Shown: one piece after another, positions 59,094-64,000 of the stretch
Position numbering within the stretch: the stretch's first letter is position 1
Layout of the letters: every line of letters begins with the position of its first letter
Source: Flaccisagitta enflata
Taxonomy: Eukaryota
Assembly (NCBI GenBank): GCA_965153355.1
Contig: OZ231126.1
Span: forward strand, 21,018,001-21,082,000
Length of the DNA stretch: 64,000 nucleotides
Direction: 5' to 3'
Program-made: the position numbers and the translations under genes
The notes under the pieces: model-generated
What the model was told of the DNA's origin: nothing
What the model saw: only the letters and a program-made list of their open reading frames with translations
Databases searched by the model: none

Positions 59094-59340
59094 TAGACAA
59101 CAACATAGACGACAACATAGACAACAACATAGACGACAACATAGACGACAACATAGACGACAACATAGACGACAACATAGACGACAACATAGACAACAAC
59201 ATAGACAACAACATAGACAACAACATAGACAACAACATAGACAACAACATAGACAACAACATAGACAACAACATAAACAATAACATAAACAATAACATAA
59301 ACCACAACATAGACAACAATATAAACAATATAAACAATAT
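59024..59340. repeat. (CAA)n tract grading into a 12-bp (AACAACATAGAC)n minisatellite
   Basis: Read directly from the sequence. Confidence 0.95.
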
Positions 59341-60867
59341 AAGCATTAAGTAATATAAACAACATCAACATTCAACAACATGAACAACATAAACAAAAAC
59401 AACAACAACATCAACACAACAACATTACCAACAACAACATAAGCAGTAATCACGACGACGACAACGGCCAAAAGTGCCAAAACGATTTAGCAATGCCTGA
59501 AGCTTCCCAAGTTTGGCTCAGCCATCACAAGAGATAAGATCTTTTATATTCGTTTCTGCGACCGGCTCCTTCTGCCTTCCTTATTTCTTCTTTTTTCTCT
59601 GTCCCTGGTATCCCTTCTTTGGTATTCCTGTGTCACAATTCATAAACTTTGTACTCATAAAAGGAGCTGTTATGAAAGTATATATCCGGCTATTACAAAT
59701 TCAAATGCTCCAGCTCTCAGGTGTATGAGCTTCATATTGTTAAACGGTAGAAAGCGAAACGACCGCCAGGGGAAAGATCCATGGAATGACTTGGATACCA
59801 TGAAAACGACACGGCGGTACTATTGAAGTCACTTTATATTGACATCATTTCGCACGACACGTCGGCCTGAAAGGGAGAGGGAGTGGGATATAACTTTTTA
59901 AAATGACTGTTTAATAAAGAGGGATTGCGAGGGGGAGGGGGGGTAAAAATGGTAGAAGAACACGAATGATAAAAGGATAGAAAGAACGGAAACAGATAGA
60001 AAGAACGAAATCTTAGAAAGAGTGATGTCAGAGGGAAGAACCCAAAGCCAAAACGCAGAACGAGATTAAGAAACAAAGATGGAAAGAGAAATTGAATGAA
60101 AGACAGCAACGAAGAGAGAAAGAAAGACAGACAGAAAGTGAGAGAAGAGAAGATAGAAGGGGGAAGGACAACTAGTAAAAAGGCTCATAAAATGGTCTGG
60201 TTGGACCGGAAGGAAAGGAGACTTGCACAATTAAAGACGAAGTGACTGAAGGAAGACTTCGCCGATAATCAAATTGAATCCAGACTCAAGATGGACTTTT
60301 TTCTTCTTCTTCTTTTTTTCTCCATTTCCAAGCTATTGCTCCACTCCCTGACCCCACTCCCTTTACCACCCAGATACCTCCCAGCTACTCCTGCTCCCGC
60401 TTTCACTAGCTCCAACCTCACTTTCTTTCTTTTCACATCATTAATCTCCCAATTGGTAGCCAGTCCAGCTCCACTTATGTCCTTATCAGTAACTTTAAAC
60501 CCTAATTCCTTCTATCACCTGGATAGCCCCACGCCTTATCCACATTATATACCACCACCACCACCCGCCTTCTTTACCCTCTTACCACGCCTCGTTGTCA
60601 TTTCCCCATCCCCATTGTCCCTTTCCCAACCCGCTCCCCGTTTGCCGACAAATCGAGTCAAACTGCGGCGAGAAATGAGGCGGCTGACGGAGGAGCTGAG
60701 CCGTTGACTCGAACTCATTGGGAAATGATGACACACGACCAGCTGGTGATTGGGCAACATGACCAAGTTGCCTGGTCTTTCTTTTTATTGTGAAGATGGT
60801 GATCAAAAGAATTGCGAGTTGGCATGACCATGAGTAAGGTAGAAATGGAAGTCTGTTTGACTCTCAA

Positions 60868-61024
60868 GCAAGGCCGGCTACACGGCCACCAGTGGCGGAT
60901 GGGTGGGCAAGGGCGGATATACGCGTTTTCCCACATTTTTAACTCGTGCTGACGGACGGACCAACGGACCAACGGACCGACGGACGGACAGACAGCCTCT
61001 TATAGAGTTGCGTGTCCGCAAATA
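60868..61024 (-). mobile_element. HINE family A copy
   Basis: CAAGGCCGGCTACACGGCC..GGGTGGGCA..(GACG/GACC)n..TTATAGAGTTGCGTGTCCGCAA. Confidence 0.85.
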
Positions 61025-62669
61025 AAAATACGGTTCTGAAGTATTGAAGATTTCATGTTGATGTTTAGGATGTCCTTTGAAAACAGGGTCTTCAATATTC
61101 GTTTTTTTGTATGGTCTAACGTAGGGCCGGCAGTAATCAAGGATTTCAAATCATTAGTTAGTAGTGAACTAACTACTTTTTTGTCTAGTTGACTACTATT
61201 ACTAAAGTAGTTAAAACCAGCTTCTGTTGCTATCAAGCGTACTATCTTTGGTAAGCCATATATCTCTATATGTTGCCCTTGTTCACATTTTCACCCTAAT
61301 CGAGTAAACATGATTCAGACCGAAAGCAAGAGAGGATGCAAAAGCAGATGCTAAATCGAAAGCAAGAGTGAGACTACATCGCTTGACTGACGCCTCGAGT
61401 TTAAAAGCTTTCGACCAATGGCTGAAAGGTTACGAACGAGCGAATATCCACCTTATAATTTGTCCAGGTGGTTCACCATGAGCCAGAAAGAAGAGGGGGA
61501 GGGGAGAAGGTGATAAGGAGCTCGATCTGGGGGGTATGAAGTAGGTAGGGCCCGGTAGGAGAAATCGACTGAGTGGGCGAATTAAGGGGGAGTAATGCAG
61601 TACAGTAATGATGTGAAAAAGGCGAAGGAGCAAATCATTTATACGACCAAATCACATTAAGGGAAATCGTTTTCGCGTTAGCACGTAGAAGGGTGGGTTG
61701 AATCGATGAGTGGGATCAATGGTGAATGAGAGAATGTTTTTTGTTGTGATTATAAGAAAAAACTGTGTTAACAATTCAAAATTCACGTCGGTTGCCACGT
61801 CGGTTGTCTCTTGTTACATTTCCTTTTATAGAAAAACATAACGTTCAACGGTTCAATGGTTGTGCGTGGGTTGGCCTTGAAGGGGAAACAACCATGGAGG
61901 AAAAAAGAGGATAAGACTTAGAAGATCATTGAGAATGGATGACTTTAGGTAGTGGGAGCGATGCCTTAGTGGGCAGGGAATGACGCAATTCTCCATTAAG
62001 AAGGGAAGACGTGATCATAGATTATTTTCGGAGGTGAGAAGTTAGCCATTGAGTGATACGAAATGACGGAGCTAAAAATAGTGTGGTACACGTTGTCAAG
62101 TTAGTTATTATCTAGTTATGGATGAGGGCTAAATTTACAGTATCTGAATTTGAAGGAGTAAATTTATACTGTTTTCTAAGAGGCTTTAGAGATGTGAAGA
62201 TTTCCCGGTATGAAAGAAATCGATTTGAAACATCAATTACATCATAATTGAGTTTTTGATTGTCGAATACAAATCGTGAATTCGTTCCCTTAATCGATTT
62301 CATCATCTAACAATTCAAAGTTTGTAGACTGCAGCATAACCAAGAAGAGGATATTTATGTGATTACAAACACAAATATGAACAGACATGACAGACACAAA
62401 ACGTGTCAGCGCGCCCGATAGAGTGAGTGAAAAAAAAACAGATAGATTTTCTTATTCTTGTTCCCTTTTTTCCATCTTTAATCGTCAGCCAATATTAAGC
62501 CGAGATGACAAATCTAAAAAAAGAAGCCCCCCAGACCAATTTTTTCCCCGACAAATGTAGATCACTGAAATGGTTTCAAGAAGAAAATGGGAAATGAAGG
62601 GTGAGACTGAATAAGGGAAAAGGGAGAAAGAAAAACAGGGGAACTGTGTGTGTGTGTGTGTGTGTGCGT

Positions 62670-62763
<94 letters not shown>

Positions 62764-62887
62764 ATGAGTGCAGTTGCCAGTGTTTCTATGAGTGCGTGTG
62801 TATATGTGTCAGTTTGTGTTTGTGTACCAGTGTTTGTCCGTTTGTGTCCGTGTGTGTCGGACGCTCTCCATCGCACATAAGTCGATA

Positions 62888-63777
62888 ACGAGGCCGGGTA
62901 CACGGCTACCGAAGTCGCGTGCGGGGGGACAGGGGCAGTGATGAAAAGGACTTAGATAAGCATTAGGGGAGGAGCAGCGATGAAAACGCCGAAAAAGCTA
63001 AGGGCGACCGACCAACCGACCGACCGACCGACCGACCTAGCGAAATGGAGACTGAGAAAGTATAAATAGTTTTTTAGTTGCGGAGACGCAACTCTATAAG
63101 AGGCTTTGTCCGTCCGTCGGTTGGTTGGTCGGTTGGTTGGTCGGTTGGTCCGTCACGCTCGAGTTGAAAAGTGGGAAAACGCGCATTTCCGCCCCTGCCC
63201 ACCCGTCCGCAACTGGTGGCCGTGTATCCGAACTTGTTTTTTCGTTCTTGGAGTTCTTCTTTAAAAAGTATTGAATCAAGTCACATCCTATCTATCATCT
63301 ATCTATCATCCGATCTTTTTAAATTCAACCAAGAACGATTCATGTGTATAAAAAAAAAAAAGAATACCTAAAAATTGGAATAAAATTGGAAGCGAGCTTA
63401 TAGAAAAAAGAAAATGTCTGTCTTTTGCTAATGTAGATGAGTGGTTGGGGTTTGAGAATTAGGGAGAGGGGTATGGGTGGGGAAACCTCGAAGGGAGGTA
63501 AAAAGAGATATGGCCCGAAGTTGAAGGCTGTTCACATGAGGTCACATCCTTCGGAAGAACATTTCCAGATTTCAAAATTTTAGTCGCGTGCTACGCGACT
63601 CTACATTCCTCTTCGTCGGTCCGTCTGTCCGTCGGTCCGTCCCTCACACTTTACTTTTTTGGTTGTTTTTTTTTTCAGTCTTTGGCATCACTGCTCCTGC
63701 CCAAATGAACAAACGACCTCAAATACAGCCCCTGCCCACCCACACGCGACTGGGGTAGCCGTGTATCCGGCCTTGTT
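62888..63777. mobile_element. Three HINE family A copies (~62888-63045 -, 63071-63237 +, 63578-63777 +)
   Basis: Same hairpin termini and GTCG/GTCC cores. Confidence 0.83.
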
Positions 63778-64000
63778 GTATATATTTTTGATTTTTTTCC
63801 CCTTTATATCTTGCCTGATCATCCATTATCCACTTTTTCTTTCCAATTCCCTTTCGTCCGTTTTCGATCTGCTATTGTCTCAACAGTTTCCTCTGTTTAT
63901 CCATGTTTATTCTTTTTCTCTCTCTTGTCTCTCTCAATCTCTGTGTCTCTCTGTTTCTCTCTATGTCTTTTTCTCTCTCTCTCTGTCTCTCTCTCTCTCT

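Overview
This is repeat-saturated eukaryotic DNA, most likely from an invertebrate animal. I found no intact, recognisable protein-coding gene, no RNA gene and no prokaryotic system, and almost all supplied ORFs are microsatellite artefacts. The window contains: (1) a direct segmental duplication with a period of about 19.2 kb (about 1-7125 vs 19238-27935), whose copies differ by transposon insertions with clean empty sites, a 265-bp microinversion and a local conversion tract; (2) dozens of non-autonomous Helentron-type (HINE/DINE-1-like) elements from several families, many carrying internal tandem arrays; (3) nested TA-flanked TIR elements; (4) a 6.3-kb foldback-like element with 366-bp subterminal arrays and a decayed hAT-like transposase, whose left end coincides with the duplication breakpoint; (5) an internally deleted Tc1 element and a probable Chapaev-type (CMC) element; (6) a few weak candidate exons and regulatory motif clusters. 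I cannot support a previously undescribed biological system here; the most interesting signals are transposon-linked rearrangement and satellite birth inside rolling-circle elements. Family assignments rest on motif recall, not database searches.
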